NCBI GenBank assembly: GCA_016748015.1
Contig: JAAOMT010000741.1
Span: 496,001-560,000 of the forward strand
Reading direction: 5' to 3'
DNA length: 64,000 nucleotides
Origin: Geosiphon pyriformis uo1
Lineage: Eukaryota; Fungi; Glomeromycota
Made by a program: the position numbers and the translations under genes. The notes beneath the pieces are model-generated. The model saw only the letters and a program-made list of their open reading frames with translations, did not search any database and was not told the origin of the DNA. Below, piece by piece: positions 42,009 to 55,816 of this stretch. Each line of letters starts with the position of its first letter. Position 1 is the stretch's first letter.

Positions 42009-44453
42009 TTAGACTATGCCAGTACGATGTGCCATCATGACGCCTATTATTGCAAAAATTAGAATTCCTGTTAATATAGAAAAGAACCATGTTAAGGATC
42101 CTTCTATATCGGGTTGTCCAGGAACTCGCACATTCATCCCCCATAAACCTATTAAACAAAAACATTTCATAAGCGACCCTAATAGCGGATTTGAGCAGTA
42201 AAGTACAATGATAATTTTTGTTACCCGTGACAAGATTCATTGGGACTAGAATTGTGCCAAGTGCTGTTAAACGAGACAGTATATCATTAATTTGATTGTT
42301 CGCTTGTGTCATCTCGATTGAAATTTGTGCAAGGTAATTTGAGTGAGAGCGTGACAGGATTTTTTCATAATGATTCAAGTTTTGAACCATCGTAATTATG
42401 TGGTCTGTAAACAAAAATTTTGGTTGATTATTTCGTTCGTTCGTTCGTACGTTCGAGAAAAGAAGTTTGAATTGTATTACCTTGAATATCACCTAAATAC
42501 AGCACAATCTCATTGCTAATAATCACATCCCATCGCAATTCATTACATCTTTTAACCAGCCCTTTCATAACATCCGCCTTATTTCCCAGTAAGCGTAAAA
42601 GTCCCATGACTTTTTTTCGACAGTGGCCAATCCGTCGTAACATATCGGTTTGTTCGGACTCTTTGAGAATCAATACCAGTTCGTCAATCGAATCCACCTC
42701 AAATTCGATTGATCGAATTAATGGTGCGAACGAATCGGTAATATCATCAATAATGGCGTAATTGATCCAATCTAAAGCAAGAGTATTAAACATTGTTTGG
42801 TTCCTTGAAAATGAGAATAAAAAATATAAACAAATAAATAAATACCAGGTGTGACAGTTATATAATCTTTTAATTGTTTAATACGACGCCTTACATTCCC
42901 GGGATGAATAGTAGGTTGATAATGAAACTAAGAGTTCAATTGAAAATATTATTGATCACAAAAAAATAGATATAGAAAAAGATCAGCAAGACTCACCGAT
43001 AGGATTCCTTCTTTCATCACGACCATATACAAGCTAACTGGCTGCAAATAAGTTGGGGAATAATGGTCCTGATCAAAAGACCGGAAGCATATAAAGTAGT
43101 AATTCTTAAATAATTCACACTTTTCCCTAGTTTCTTCTGTTTCAATATCTTCGACAGTCAAAGGATGAATTCCAAAGATCTATGTGCAAACAAAAAGGTG
43201 CTGTTGCTATTTTAATATACAAATTTGGAACCGCAATCATGAATTAGCATTAAAACCTTTTCTAACCCTGCCCAAATCCCGCATTTCAGATTCTCCTGGG
43301 GATAAAATATCGAGCCACCAACAACCTGATTTCAACATTTCAGTGAGAGAGGAACCAGAAGGTGGAACTTCGGCCAAGGAACGAGCGTGAACCGTGCTAT
43401 AGGCAGTAGAATAGAAGGTGTACCGATAACTAGATTCATTTGGAGACTTGATGAAAAAGGGAAAAAGATGTTAAAAACCTGAAAATCGAAGAAAATTCGG
43501 ATAGGATTTTGGATTTAGATAAATAAAATTATATTTTTGGACTAGTGATAAGATGAAAAACATGAAAATTCTCTAGTTAATTGAAACAAATCGATAAAAA
43601 ATATATCGTTAAATTTCGTAATCAGGGAGAATATTTATGATAAAAATGACGAAAAGTGATTCAAGTCAATGAATGCAAAATTTCGGGATTGACACCACAC
43701 CTTGGTCTCAGTCCCTTTCATGTGAAGATATTTATCACCATCCTTGATAAAAGAAGATGCCGGTTCACTCAATCGTCGTTGCCTTCTCCGCTGATCTTTT
43801 TTTCTCCTTTCAGTTTCCTCGCGTACATATTCTTCCAGTGCATCGTAATCAATTCCTTTTTTGTCATTTTTTTCAATTCTAGGGAAGCATACATCTGCAT
43901 GGGCCTTTGATCCACGACGCGATTGTGAAGAATTAGTTACAGTCCCGCCTTCTGAATCTGATTCCTCGTTAGTTGAGTTATTGGACCCCATGTCATAGGT
44001 ATTCTTATTAAAGTTGACCACATAATCCTGACGAGCCGTAGATATACCTTTAGGTGAATTTGGGACATGTAAAGTGGAAGTTGATTGTCGATAGGATAAT
44101 GACTGTTTTCCGTCACCTCGAGGCGAGGGAGAACGGAGTGATATGTCAACGTATGTAGATGAAAGTGATCTTGATGCATTCCTGCGTTCCTCTTGTAATA
44201 ATGGGGTATGAACACTATTTTCTTCATTAATGTCAAAGGGTTTTGAAGAATCTTGTTCATATCGATTTCGGGTTAAAGGGGAATCAAATATGGAGGTTTG
44301 TAACGCGGTTGGTGAGACACTAAAGTGATCGGGACTCATGAAAGCAGTGTTTGAGTTGAGAGACTCGGTTGAGCGAAGATATGGGGAGGCAGGGTATAAT
44401 TTAGGTGAATTATTGTTTCTATGATTGTTTAATAAACTTCTTGGTGAAGCCAT
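42009..44453 (-). CDS. CorA-family Mg2+ transporter (ALR1/MNR2-like), ~7 exons
   Basis: WWLDILSP, IFGIHPLTVEDI, DWINYAIIDDITDSFAP, LVPMNLVTGLWGMNV (GMN motif), two C-terminal TMs. Confidence 0.95.
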
Positions 44454-45310
44454 GTTTCAATAAAGGGTCAATTAGAGAAGTTGCTTGAAGATTGGTTATT
44501 AAAGGTAAATGTGAGCTTTTGAAAAATTTTCTTTGTTTAAGCAGAGAATATAATTATTAGATTGAAAATTTGAAATGGGATAATGGGTAAGAAAGGAGGC
44601 AACAAATAACAGGCTTACGACAGGTAATGTAACTAAAAGGTAAAAATAAAAAAAATTTTAATGTATTTATACCAGAATCAAAGAGTAACCGTTTAAGTGA
44701 TCAATTCGATTACACCATTACAAATATCTGCGATATGTTGTATGCATTACAGAATGCAATTGATCTCTTATGAGAACATTTGCGTTGAAATTTTAACCAA
44801 ATAAGTAACACGTTTTACTTTAACGTCACACAATTATCTATGGGAGACTAATACTATCGTCAATGCCATTTACAGTGATAGTTACTAATTAACCAAAAGC
44901 GAGAATGGGTTTGAGAGCTGAAAAGAGTTTTTGATTCTTCAATTAATCATTATTATTATTATTATTATTTTTCAAGATTTCACTATTCTCGAAGTGGAAA
45001 TTTTAACAGTGAAATAATGACAGGGCATCTTTATCTTCCATCTTTTGCATTAACTCCTTCAACATCTCACCCAATTTCATTTCAAGTTTCTTTGGTTAAA
45101 TAGCTTGGAAAATCGTTAGCACCTACGTCGCTGACGTATGGATCGCCTAGATGATGATGTTAGTAATATATATATATATATATATCAAAGTTTTTCGCCA
45201 ATTCTCCGGTCACAGAAGGAAAAAAAAAAGGGCATGCGCGAAAAGCGTCAAGTGAAATTATTGGTGAGGTCACATGTTCACTATCTGGGACACTCCTGAT
45301 ATAAAACGTT

Positions 45311-45336
45311 TATATTATCACTATTATTATTATCAC

Positions 45337-45413
<77 letters not shown>
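45311..45413. repeat. (TAT)n microsatellite with CAC variants
   Basis: About 30 trinucleotide units. Confidence 0.95.
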
Positions 45414-45418
<5 letters not shown>

Positions 45419-45752
45419 TTTTGATATATATTTTGATATATTTTGATATATATTATTTATTTTTACATTTAAAAAATAAAACCATATAACAAAAATGGTT
45501 AAATTTAATTTTTATAATTTAAAACTTATAAAATTTTTGTTTCACTAATAGGCACTTCTAAGAATGGAATTTTTATGTATATATATTAATTTATATGTTC
45601 GAAAACTCATGATTTAAAAGCTTTTATGAATCTTTTTAACTGCAATAACAACGACAACAACAACAACAACTTTGAAAACTCGATTGATTTGTTTGTAATT
45701 TGATAATTAGTTAAATAAAAAAATCTATATTCCCGATAAAGGTTATTTGTTT

Positions 45753-45845
45753 TTGCTTTGAATATCCTGGATCAACTGAAATCTAATTGCTTTGAATATC
45801 TTGAATCAATTGTTTTGAATATCTTGAATCAACTGAAATCTAATG
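45753..45845. repeat. Degenerate tandem repeat (TTGCTTTGAATATCTTGAATCAA +/- CTGAAATCTAA) x3
   Basis: Direct repeats read from the sequence. Confidence 0.8.
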
Positions 45846-46161
45846 TTTACTGCCGATAATCCTGATGTTCGTTTTTTCTGCAAGAATATTAACTATCAAA
45901 AAAAAAAAGGTTAAATCTTTTTTGGTATAGACAAGTGAGATTAATATATAAATGAAAAGGGTTTAGATCCCTAAAACATATAAAAAGTTAGGATCATCTT
46001 AATAGTGATAAACGTCTCGTTGGGATTCCTCTCCACCTTTTTTTTTCATTATTTACCTTATGCCCCATCTAAATGTTCCGAATTTATTGAATCCTATCGT
46101 AAAGAAAAATAGCCTTGGTTTATTTCATAACTTCTAATTGTCGCGTAAAAATTTTCTTTTA

Positions 46162-46467
46162 CTATTTAACCACATCTTTTACTAACTCTTCTAACTTTAA
46201 TTCAACTTCATCAGCTGATAACCCATTCAATACTACCTTTTTCTCTATACCAAAATCTAAAAATTTTCAAAATAAAATTCTGATTAGATGATTAGATTTT
46301 GCTTTGAAATGATTCATATTATTCTATAGCTGTTACCATAACGCGCAAAAAATCTTGCTTCAACGCCATTCGCCTCCCGAATCAGAATAGGGAAATTAGG
46401 ATTATCTTTTTTTAATGCTAGATAATTCTTGGTTATGAATTCTCTGGGTAACATCAAAAAAAAAAGG

Positions 46468-46523
<56 letters not shown>

Positions 46524-47038
46524 AAAACGAAGATTGAGTTAGATCAATAACCAAATTGAAAGGTTCAAATATAGTTGGGTTTATTCTTCATAAATGTTCT
46601 CGTAAGAGTACATTTCTAAAGTAATAACTGAAAAAATTAATTTGTTTCTTGAAATTAATTCGCTGAAATAGATTACAGAAAAAGAGAAATTTGAACCAAT
46701 TTTTCTCTTCAAATAAAAAAGTAAATTTTGATCTTTGTATATATAAAATCTAATCAAGAGCAAGATTGACAGTTCTTTCCATAAAATAAACCTCTATTCC
46801 CAACACAAACTTTTATTAAGATCAAGAGTAGCTGGAAAGCCTTACAAACCTCAAACACTAGAAAAATGCAATAGGCCAAGAACTAACCCAACCTCCCTCT
46901 CGTTCTCATCTAACATCACTTCTTCAACAAACAAAACATTGAAATAAAATACCTAACACCAGAGCTAGCCGGGGAAGTTTGACAAAAGTGTACGCGTAAC
47001 TCTTTCAAATTTTTTGATAATAAACTTTGCCACGACAT
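46162..47038 (-). CDS. NDUFA2: NADH:ubiquinone oxidoreductase subunit B8 (NDUFA2), 3 exons; absent from the ORF track
   Basis: Exons 47038-46953, 46443-46337 and ~46256-46162 give MSWQSLLSKNLKELRVHFCQTSPASSGVREFITKNYLALKKDNPNFPILIREANGVEARFFARYDFGIEKKVVL... Confidence 0.93.
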
Positions 47039-47060
47039 TCTCCTTATAACTTTATACCCT

Positions 47061-47186
47061 GGGGGGGGGGGGGGGGGGGGGGGGGANNNNNNNNNNNNNN
47101 NNNNNNNNNNNNNNNNNNNNNNNNNNNNNNNNNNNNNNNNNNNNNNNNNNNNNNNNNNNNNNNGGGGGGGGGGGGGGGGGAGGGGG
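47061..47186. repeat. Poly(G) tract spanning an assembly gap
   Basis: G runs on both sides of the N run. Confidence 0.9.
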
Positions 47187-47259
47187 AAACGCTTTCAAAG
47201 TTTACAGTTCTTTTGTAAAAGAAACTCAAAGATTATCTATTCATTATCCCCATGTGAAA

Positions 47260-48620
47260 TTATATCACGTTTATTTATAAATTAATTTTAATTTTACATA
47301 TTAATATTCAAAAAAAAAAATTTAATTTTAAACAAAAATGAAGCTTAATAATAGTTAAAATGTTTTTTCAAAATAAAAAAAATTATAAAGTATATATTTA
47401 AATTTATATAATTTTTTGTTATAAAAAATATGCATATTTATTTTATTAAAACAAAAAATCATTGTTTTGCTAATAATATACAATTAAAATTTTTTTTAAT
47501 AATAAACGAAATATTGTCAAAATTTTTTTTAATTAATATAAATTTTAAAATATTTAATTCAGTTTAACGAATGAGGTCCAATCACTATTTAATACAATAA
47601 AACAACAATAACAACAACAATCGAGTATTCTAAATTAAATGTGACTTTTTTTTTACATATGACCATATTTAATTATTTTAAAGATTTTTTTTTAATTAAG
47701 TTTTTTTTCAAATAACACATTAAAAATAGTTTTAATATTATTACAAAACTATTATTTTTTAAACCAGTTTTTTCTTTTTAATAATAATAATAATAACAAT
47801 ATTAAAACTTTAAACTATTTAATTTTTAATTACAAAATGTTTTTATTTTTTTATTTAAAATTTTTATTTAAATTTATTGTTAATTTTAAGATTTTTGAAT
47901 CTTATTTTACTAAAGTAAGTTTTTAAGTTAAAGTTAATGTTTTTTTGGTCTTTTTATTCATTATTAGTATTGTTAATTTTGCAATTAACTTTTTTAAAAT
48001 TTGAATTGATTAAGTTAGTATTATTAATTAAGTATATTATTAAACTTATTGGTTTTTTGTTTTTTTTAAGTTGGTTTATATTTTTTTTGTGAATATTAAA
48101 ATAAAAAAAGATTTTTTATAATTAAAGATATAAGTAAAAAAATTATTAATTTTAAGATAAAATATAACATAAATAATTTATTTAATAATAATTAACAATA
48201 ATTTAAGTTTTGTTGTTAATAAGAAAAATTTTGTTAAGTTAATGGTATTTTAAAAACTATAAACTTTTAATATTAAATCTGATACAAATAAAACTGCTAC
48301 ATAATTAACTGGTTTAATTTCTAATAATAAAAATTTAGTTGCTATTATGCAAAAGATGGCTGTTTAAGTAAGTTTGCTTTTGTAAATTCAATTTAATTTA
48401 GTTTTAACTGGCTTAAATGGCTAATTACCATGTAAATTACAGCTAATTTAAAAACATTCTTTTGTTTTATTGTATTAATTAGTGATTGGGCTACACTTTG
48501 TTAAAGCAAATAATAAAAAAATCTTTTCACAATATTTGTATATCTTGTTTTTTGGTAAATGATTCAAGCAAAAGTAAAATTTTATAAAATCCAAATTCTA
48601 TTTTAAAAACATTCATTTTT
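47260..48620. repeat. A+T-rich block, probable eroded repeat
   Basis: Extreme C/G depletion, no ORFs. Confidence 0.55.
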
Positions 48621-48867
48621 TATGAAAAATAAAAAATTATTACGAGGCAATAAACACTCAATTATTATTATATTGAGTATTGAATCTTGGAATCTTTGGT
48701 TAGTCTAATATTCACTTGTTAAAGTATGCCCCCCGAGAGTTCAACCAAAGTCATCAGGTTGATAATTCAGTCGGATAATTTTATATTGAAGTAGGCCTCG
48801 AATTTATAAAATTTTCAAATGATAAAGTGGCAGGAATCTGAGAAACCCCGCATTATAATATGAATTA

Positions 48868-51773
48868 TTATTGGGTTTCCTCCTCTTCCTCTTCCCCCGT
48901 GGTATCCGCAAGAACCGGAACTGGCTGTGTATTCTGGTAAGCTGCAAAAAATTGTGAAGTTCATTAAAATTAGGGAAAGGGATTCTGAAGTTATACTTCA
49001 CCCGATACATACCAGATGAAATCCATTTGGGATCATCTATGTAACATTAAATTAAAATATTAGGGACTAAAATTTTGTACCATAAAAAACAATATTAATA
49101 GAAAAATTGCATACGTTGTGAGATCTCAGCAAATTTTAGCAACGCTTCCCTTGGATCATCATCTAAGAGTTGAAAAAATGTCCTCAAAGTTAAAATGATT
49201 CTAAATCTATCGGGAACAAAATTAGATTGTTGAATACCTCTAGTAGTGTCCTTGATTATGTCTTTCATAATGTGTTGTGTCAGACTACTACCAATCTTTC
49301 CACCTTTTCCAGGACCGTTAACAGGTAGATCTGGAAGCAAAAATCATAATAATTCTATCAAATGACTCGGCCCGTGTAAGAGGATATGCAGATTCAGGAT
49401 CTAACCTGGTCTCCGCGAAGCAATAGGATCCTTTCGAAGCTTCTCTCGTTTTCGCTTTGTACTCTTGGGTCTATCATCCCGAAATAGAGCCAAGGAGTGC
49501 GGGGCAATAATTGGACGATCAATTTCATAATCATCTACTGCTCTTTTCTTCGGTTCTTTGACCACGCAAAGTTTTGCACCACGCACACTTACACTAGGAT
49601 CATAAAAGACATGGATGGAACCATCACTGCTTCCTGTAATTATCTAATTTAAAGATAACTAATATTAAAGTCAAGGTAGGCTGAATAATCATATTAAAAT
49701 GGTGACTACTATACCTGATTTATCTTGGAATGCCATAATACCCGTATCACGCTTGATTTGGTTATGCCTTGAAGTAATGAAAAAGATCAAGATCAAAATA
49801 TAAACGAAATAATGAAGTCTAAAAATAATTTTGCTACTTACTCATAGTTCGCACAATTTCTAAGGTGTCACGTTCCAACATTACTAATTTGCCGTATCCT
49901 TCACCTTTTTTAACAGCCGTTCCTATTGAGGACAATTATTTTAGAATACAGACGATATGCAAACATGAAAATGATCATAAAATACCAGTAATAATTAACC
50001 GCTCGTCTGGGCTAAATATCGCATTTGTCTCAGCATTAAAAGTTGGTAACTCATTGGCAAATTTGACGGGACTTTTAAAATTTCTAACGTCCCAAACTAA
50101 TCATAAAAGTATCAGATAAGAATCTCAGAAAATAAAACATATGAATACTTAATGAGCTAACCTTTAACAGTATCATCTCCTCCCCTTGAAACTAAAGTCC
50201 AATTATTTCGAGAAAATACGATAGAGGATGTCTCACTGTATGGTGAATGAGCTCGTTCTATAATCTTCAAACATAAAAATTAGCAATTTTCTGGGGGAAA
50301 ACCAGGAGTTAAGTAAATATATATAAATCTCACATGGGAAGGACGTGCAAAAGGACCATTTGCTGGCCAAAGACATAGGTTCCCATCTTGTGCGGCTATA
50401 AAAAAAATAGATGAATGACCATTTATTAAAAAAAATTAAAGATTTCCTTTCATCATCTACCTGCTGCAATCATTTTTCCGTCAGGACTATAAGCAGCTGC
50501 CGTGACAATCGTTCTGCCACCACGTTCTTTTGTTTTGAACACGATAACTTGCTTTTGCTTCCGCTTATTTTCAACGTCCCATAGCCTGTTGCAAAAAATT
50601 CATTTTAATTAAAGTTTCCAAATTGGTATTATGATTGGAATCGAATCACCTTACCTTATCGTGCTGTCAGCAGATCCCGTGAAAAAACAGCTTTTGTCGT
50701 TGGGATGCCAGCCTCCGGCTGTTAATGTAGCCACATGACCACTATAAATATATATATAAATAGAGCGTTATTAGTTGATTTATCGATTTAAAAGCAGGTT
50801 TATAAAACAGAGATCTAAACCTTGTATTTCGCATGTCACGTATATAGGGGTCCCCTTTGATGTATTCCTCTCTAAAAACGATATGTTCATAAACATAAAA
50901 ATTATTGATTTTTTTAATTGAATATTATCATTCATCTTACATTTCAAATCCATCACGATCATATAACTTCGGTCTTGCTGAACCAGATATAATCAAAAAC
51001 TGGTCACCGCTTAGGCTATATTCGACATGATGAATCTTTGAAACAACAATGGTTGATGAGCTGCCAGATAAAATGAGAATACCAAAACAGAAACATACTT
51101 GGTGATCGCCACAAGGACGAAGGCTACGAAAAGGACGCATTGTAGAATCCATTCCGGCAAAATCCCAAAACTTGACATCATAATCGGCACTTCCACTTAT
51201 AAGTCGAGCTCCGGCGGGGTCAAGCCCTAAAGCAGTAACACTCTAGAATAAAAAATAATTAGTTTAAAAAGTTGAATACATCCAATTACAAGTCAGCAGA
51301 CCTTATAATGATCGTTCAATTTGATTTCGTGAGAGATAGGCAAGGAGCTATCTAAGAAGTCCTCTTCCTCAATAGTCTCCTCCTCCTCCGTCTCATCGTC
51401 ATCACTATCGTCGCGGGGGCGCACTTTGACCGAGTTCTGGTCACTAGCTGTTTTAACACGTTTACCTTTTGCCGGAAAACTAGTCCCAAGAGAGGTGTTT
51501 ATCGAAGCACTCTAACCCAAGTTGCACTGAAGTTTTAGCCATATTTCAGCTAAAAAAATCCATGATCTCTGACAAAGCAAAAGAAATTCCAACAGAGTTG
51601 TAAAAAAAAGCAGGTGAGACAACCTCATCCTCTTTTCGCCGTGTTCTTGCAAAAACTTCAGCAGAAACGCTTGTTTTCTTTTTCGCCCCAAATGACATGG
51701 GTAGCATGCCCCTTAGTGTTTCCAGACCCTGGTCCACCTCTTCAAGTTCTTTTGGATCTTCAGGTTCTTCCAT
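48868..51773 (-). CDS. WDR70: WD-repeat protein 70 (Wdr70/GAD-1), multi-exon
   Basis: LPMSFG, LPISHEI, DYDVKFWDFAGMD, YDRDG, KGDPYIRDMRNT.GH, RKDPIASRRPDLPV.GPG.GG, DDDPREALLKFA. An alternative ATG lies at 51809. Confidence 0.93.
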
Positions 51774-52043
51774 AGTAGACAGATTGACTCCAAAAGTTTT
51801 GCCAAACATGAATTTTGGTACTTTGTCTAAATTTTTTCTAGGCTGTTAGCCAGAGGAATTTGATTTTTTGGTTAGTAAAAAGTTAAAAAAAGTTCTAAAG
51901 AAGGGACTCACAAAAGATATAAGTGAGGATGTCAAGTAATGATGTTGTTGTTAGGCAAAATATGATTGGTTAGTGATTTTGCTTGATACGAAATTACCAG
52001 AATATGAGTTAAAAGTCAAAATTCAGATGTGAATTTCTTGATA

Positions 52044-52717
52044 ATGTCACTTCAAGCACGGTTGGAGGCCGCCACGAACGAATTTCAAAAAGTACAAAAA
52101 GGTTGTAAACAAGAGAAAATAATCCTGAAAGTCGAATCATGGATTGCTTAGCCAAATTTATTCCATAAACTCTAGACCTCTCAAACGCAATAGAAGCTAG
52201 GCAACGTTTGGACTCTCAGCTCCAAGAGAATGAAATTGTCGAAAAGGTAGATCAACTCAAAATTTCCCTTATGATCAAGGTTAAGAGAAATTTCGATTTT
52301 AGGAGTTTAACGCACTTCAAGACGATTCCAACATTTATAAATTAATTGGACCTGTGCTAGTGAAAGAAGAAAAGGCTGAGGCTGTGTTGAATGTTTCTAA
52401 ACGGCTGGAGTACATTCGAAATGAAATGTGTGTTTGATTTAAAAGTGCAACTACATTTATTTCTATTTAGATTATATATCATTGATTTATTTACAAATTT
52501 CTCTTAAACAGAAAACGTGTCGAAACTCAACTAACCGACTTGACAAAAAAATCCGAGTTAAAGAAACAAGAGGCATATATCATTTATTAAGATTATACCT
52601 GAAAGGTTAACAAAAATACTGTGATTTATCGCTCATATTTCCTTTTTTGATCAAATCTGAAAGGTGGTAAAACTTCAAAGCGAGTATCAACAAATCGCTC
52701 AAGCAAAGCTCAAATAA
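52044..52717 (+). CDS. PFDN6: Prefoldin subunit 6, 5 exons; absent from the ORF track
   Basis: ARQRLDSQLQENEIVEKEF, IYKLIGPVLVKEE.AEA..NV.KRLEYI. Confidence 0.93.
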
Positions 52718-52828
52718 TAACGCGATTCAAATTAAACGCAAAAAATTCAACTAACCTCGATGGATTGATCCAAGAGGAATCGTTTTATTGAATTTTAAAG
52801 GCAAGAATGCATCAAGAATTTAAATACA

Positions 52829-55352
52829 TTAAAAAAAATTTTCTAGTTCTTTTTTGTTGAGTTTGCCCATTGGATTTCTTGGAAGCTCATTTTTATATAC
52901 TTTTAAGATGGTGGGTATTTTGTATGAAGCTAATCGCTGACGTGCGAATTCTCGTATTGCAGCAAGATCCAAATTTGTATTCTTGCATAAATAGCTTAGA
53001 TTTAGTCTGTGTCCCATAATTACATTAGAAGAATGATATTACTTTTATGCCTTACTTGGTCCTTCGGAACGATAATAGCACCGACTCGCTGACCCCAGTC
53101 TTGATCATCAATACCTAGAACTGCAACTTCCATTATATCTGGGTGAGCACCAAGCTCATGCTCTACTTCTATCGCCGATATCTTGTATCCTCCCGACTTA
53201 AGATAATTGCGATATATTAAACGACAGTCCGTGAAAGCAAGCGGAAGGATTATTCTTTAAAATTGGCACCTTAATTATATCTACACTTTTTCTCCCAAGA
53301 ATCTTGAATTGGTGGTGAACAGGAGTACGTAGAGCGATATCACCTGTTTTAAACCTTGGTAAAATAGAAGCTATTATCAATTGGGAATTTTTTCAATACT
53401 ATACAAACACAAAGTACCATCCATCCTCAGTAAACTCTTTCATGGTAGCTTCTGGACGGTTCCAGTATCTTAATCACAAAAAATCAAGTTAGTTTTGGGA
53501 TATTGAGTTGATATAAAACCAATTTAACAGTCACTTTACTCTTTGAAAACGTTGGAACCTTTGACTTGAATCTCGCCTGGCTCTTCAATCTTATTAGTTA
53601 CGTCAGTACCGTCTTCTGCAATCAATCTGATTTGCACACCAGGTAATGGGACACCTACGCAACCCTGCAGATTGCAAAATAACCCTTAGCCATCAGCAAG
53701 CATCTGGGCAAAGAAGACTGACTTGCCGTAATTCTTTTTTCAATTTCATATCCACCGCTCAATGCCATGCCAATTTCGGTCAATCCATAACGTTCCAGCA
53801 ACACTTGACCACTAATATCAATCCATGCATTTAAAAGTGGAACAGGCAATGCTGCTGACCCAGAAATCATTACTCGGAATTGCGAACACGCCCTTGTGGC
53901 ATCTTGTTGTTGAGAAGGTGTCAATTTTGTTTGATAATAGTCAACCAATTTCGCTGTTTTAAATAAAATTAAAATAGGGTCATTGAAGATGATCAAATCG
54001 AACTATCGTCATAAGATAGATGGCGTTTTGTACAATATATAGTGGGGACGGCCATAAAGAGTGACAGATCTCGTTTTTGATCCATGAAACGATTCCAAAC
54101 GTCTTGAGGATTAAATTTGGGAAGCATTTCGACGGTCGCCCCCGAATAGAGGGCACAAGTGAGAGCCTAAATCGTAAAGAAGTTTCATACTCTAAATATG
54201 ATATAGGTTTTAAATCGCGCTCGGAAAGTGTTACATACGTTCAGAATTCCCTGAAAAACTTCAAATCAGGAAAATATTGATAAAAAACCTTAAAAACTGC
54301 AACGGACTTACATGCATGTGATGCAGTGGTAAAACATGCAAAATCTTGTCATTTGAGCTCCATCTCCACCTATCCACCAGACTTTTCACTTGGGCTTCAA
54401 TGTTGGAATGCGTTGATACCACACCTTTGGGTTTACCTATATAGTCATTTGTGTTATTCACGCCAATAAAAGACAAATCAATTGTCCAAGAGAACCTGTA
54501 GTGCCACTAGTATATATAATCATGGCACGACGCGTCAGATCCATCGGGAACATTGAGGAATCCTAAAATATCAATTGTTGGGTTGTTAATATGATTACTG
54601 CTTGGGATCAATCACAATTTCCTCCTTGCAAAATGAACTTTCCTCAAATTCTTCGAGGGTCGAAGGGTTCTCTCTCATAATAATACTCTTAATCTGTGAA
54701 AACCTAGCAACATCTCTTGCTTTCTCATACAACTCTGAATTCGTAACCAAAATTTCTGCAGCTGAATCCTTCAGCGTATAGAGAATTTCAGCTGAGGGAT
54801 GCGAAATGCATAATGGTACTGCGACACCACCGGCAGCCCATGTGGCCCATTGAGCCACTACATAGTCATATCCACTGGGACATAGAATTGCTACGCGTGC
54901 TTCCCCCAAATCTTTTTTAATGAAGGTGCCTTTTGAATTACTAGCATTAAGAAGTGTATTTCTAAAAATTGTCGTGTCACGAATTAGATCAGAGTAAGAA
55001 TGTGAGGCGCCTTTATTTGTATCTATTATCGCCGGGTGTGTCTTTGGCTTTATTTTTGCGTGAACTACAGCTTGTCTGAAGATCGGTAGCGAAGGTAATG
55101 AAAGGACTGAAAAAAATAGTAGCAAGGATTTTTTGGCAATTAATAAATAGAAAAGTAATTCATGTGTACGAATGCAGCATAGAAGTTATAACGCGAGCAC
55201 ATAAAGCTTGCTTTACTTTGATGCTGTTGACTAAGATCTGACGAAATGGAGAATTTCTTTACATAATTGCTATATACGTGCTTTCTCCTCAAAAAGTTTA
55301 GACGCTTAAAGTTATCAAAAAGACACTGATTATAAAATGTCAAGCTAAACAT
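52829..55352 (-). CDS. Acyl-CoA synthetase, ACSF3/malonyl-CoA synthetase-like, with putative mitochondrial presequence
   Basis: IYTSGTTGKPKGV, HVLPLHH, FMAVPTIY, SGSAALP, LERYGLTE, FKTGD, GYKISAIEVE, LPRNPMGK. Confidence 0.9.
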
Positions 55353-55439
55353 GTTTAATGGGTGTAGTCGAGGAGAGGGCTAATGATTTTATTCAGATTA
55401 TTGGAAATCCCAGATTGATACGTGACTTTTTTTTAAATG

Positions 55440-55446
55440 TATATAA
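55440..55446 (+). promoter_or_regulatory. TATA box upstream of the U6-like gene
   Basis: TATATAA lies 30 nt upstream of the inferred +1 G at 55470. Confidence 0.55.
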
Positions 55447-55469
55447 TGCTAGAAAAAAGCACTCCTGAT

Positions 55470-55570
55470 GTCCTCACTTATTAAAATTGGAACGATACAG
55501 AGAAGATTCTGCACAAGGATGACACGTTCAATCTTGAGTGGATAGTTGCCTTTAGCAACAAAGTTTTTTT
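55470..55570 (+). ncRNA. U6: U6 snRNA-derived gene (variant or pseudogene) with internal deletions
   Basis: TAAAATTGGAACGATACAGAGAAGATT is joined directly to CTGCACAAGGATGACACG. A T7 Pol III terminator follows at 55564-55570. Confidence 0.88.
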
Positions 55571-55816
55571 AAAATATTTCAAAAATTATAAACTTGATTG
55601 TGCAACCTTGTGCTCTTTTTACGTTATACCATATTTGATTTCGTTAGAAGAGGGCAATTGGATAATGGAGGATAAACTCAATAAAAGTTGCAAAACAAGA
55701 GGCAAATTACCTGTTAAAAGTATTTAGTTCAAAGAGTTTATTACAGACTGGCGATTGCACAGTAAAATTATAAAACAAATTTACAACTATATTATCAAAA
55801 TGTTTCCGATCTTCGA

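Noticed and set aside
45274-45489. Poly-Tyr ORF
   Set aside because: Translation of a (TAT)n microsatellite.
45753-45845. CRISPR-like repeat-spacer pattern
   Set aside because: Eukaryotic context, no unique spacers, no cas genes. It is a simple tandem duplication.
46800-46930. Possible intronic snoRNA in NDUFA2 intron 1
   Set aside because: No clear C/D box pair or H/ACA architecture could be identified by eye.
47027-47229. Poly-Gly and poly-Pro ORFs
   Set aside because: Artefacts of the G run and the N gap.
51919-51933. 11-nt match (TCCTCACTTAT) between the WDR70/PFDN6 promoter and the 5' end of the U6-like gene
   Set aside because: Too short to exclude chance in 64 kb of AT-rich DNA.
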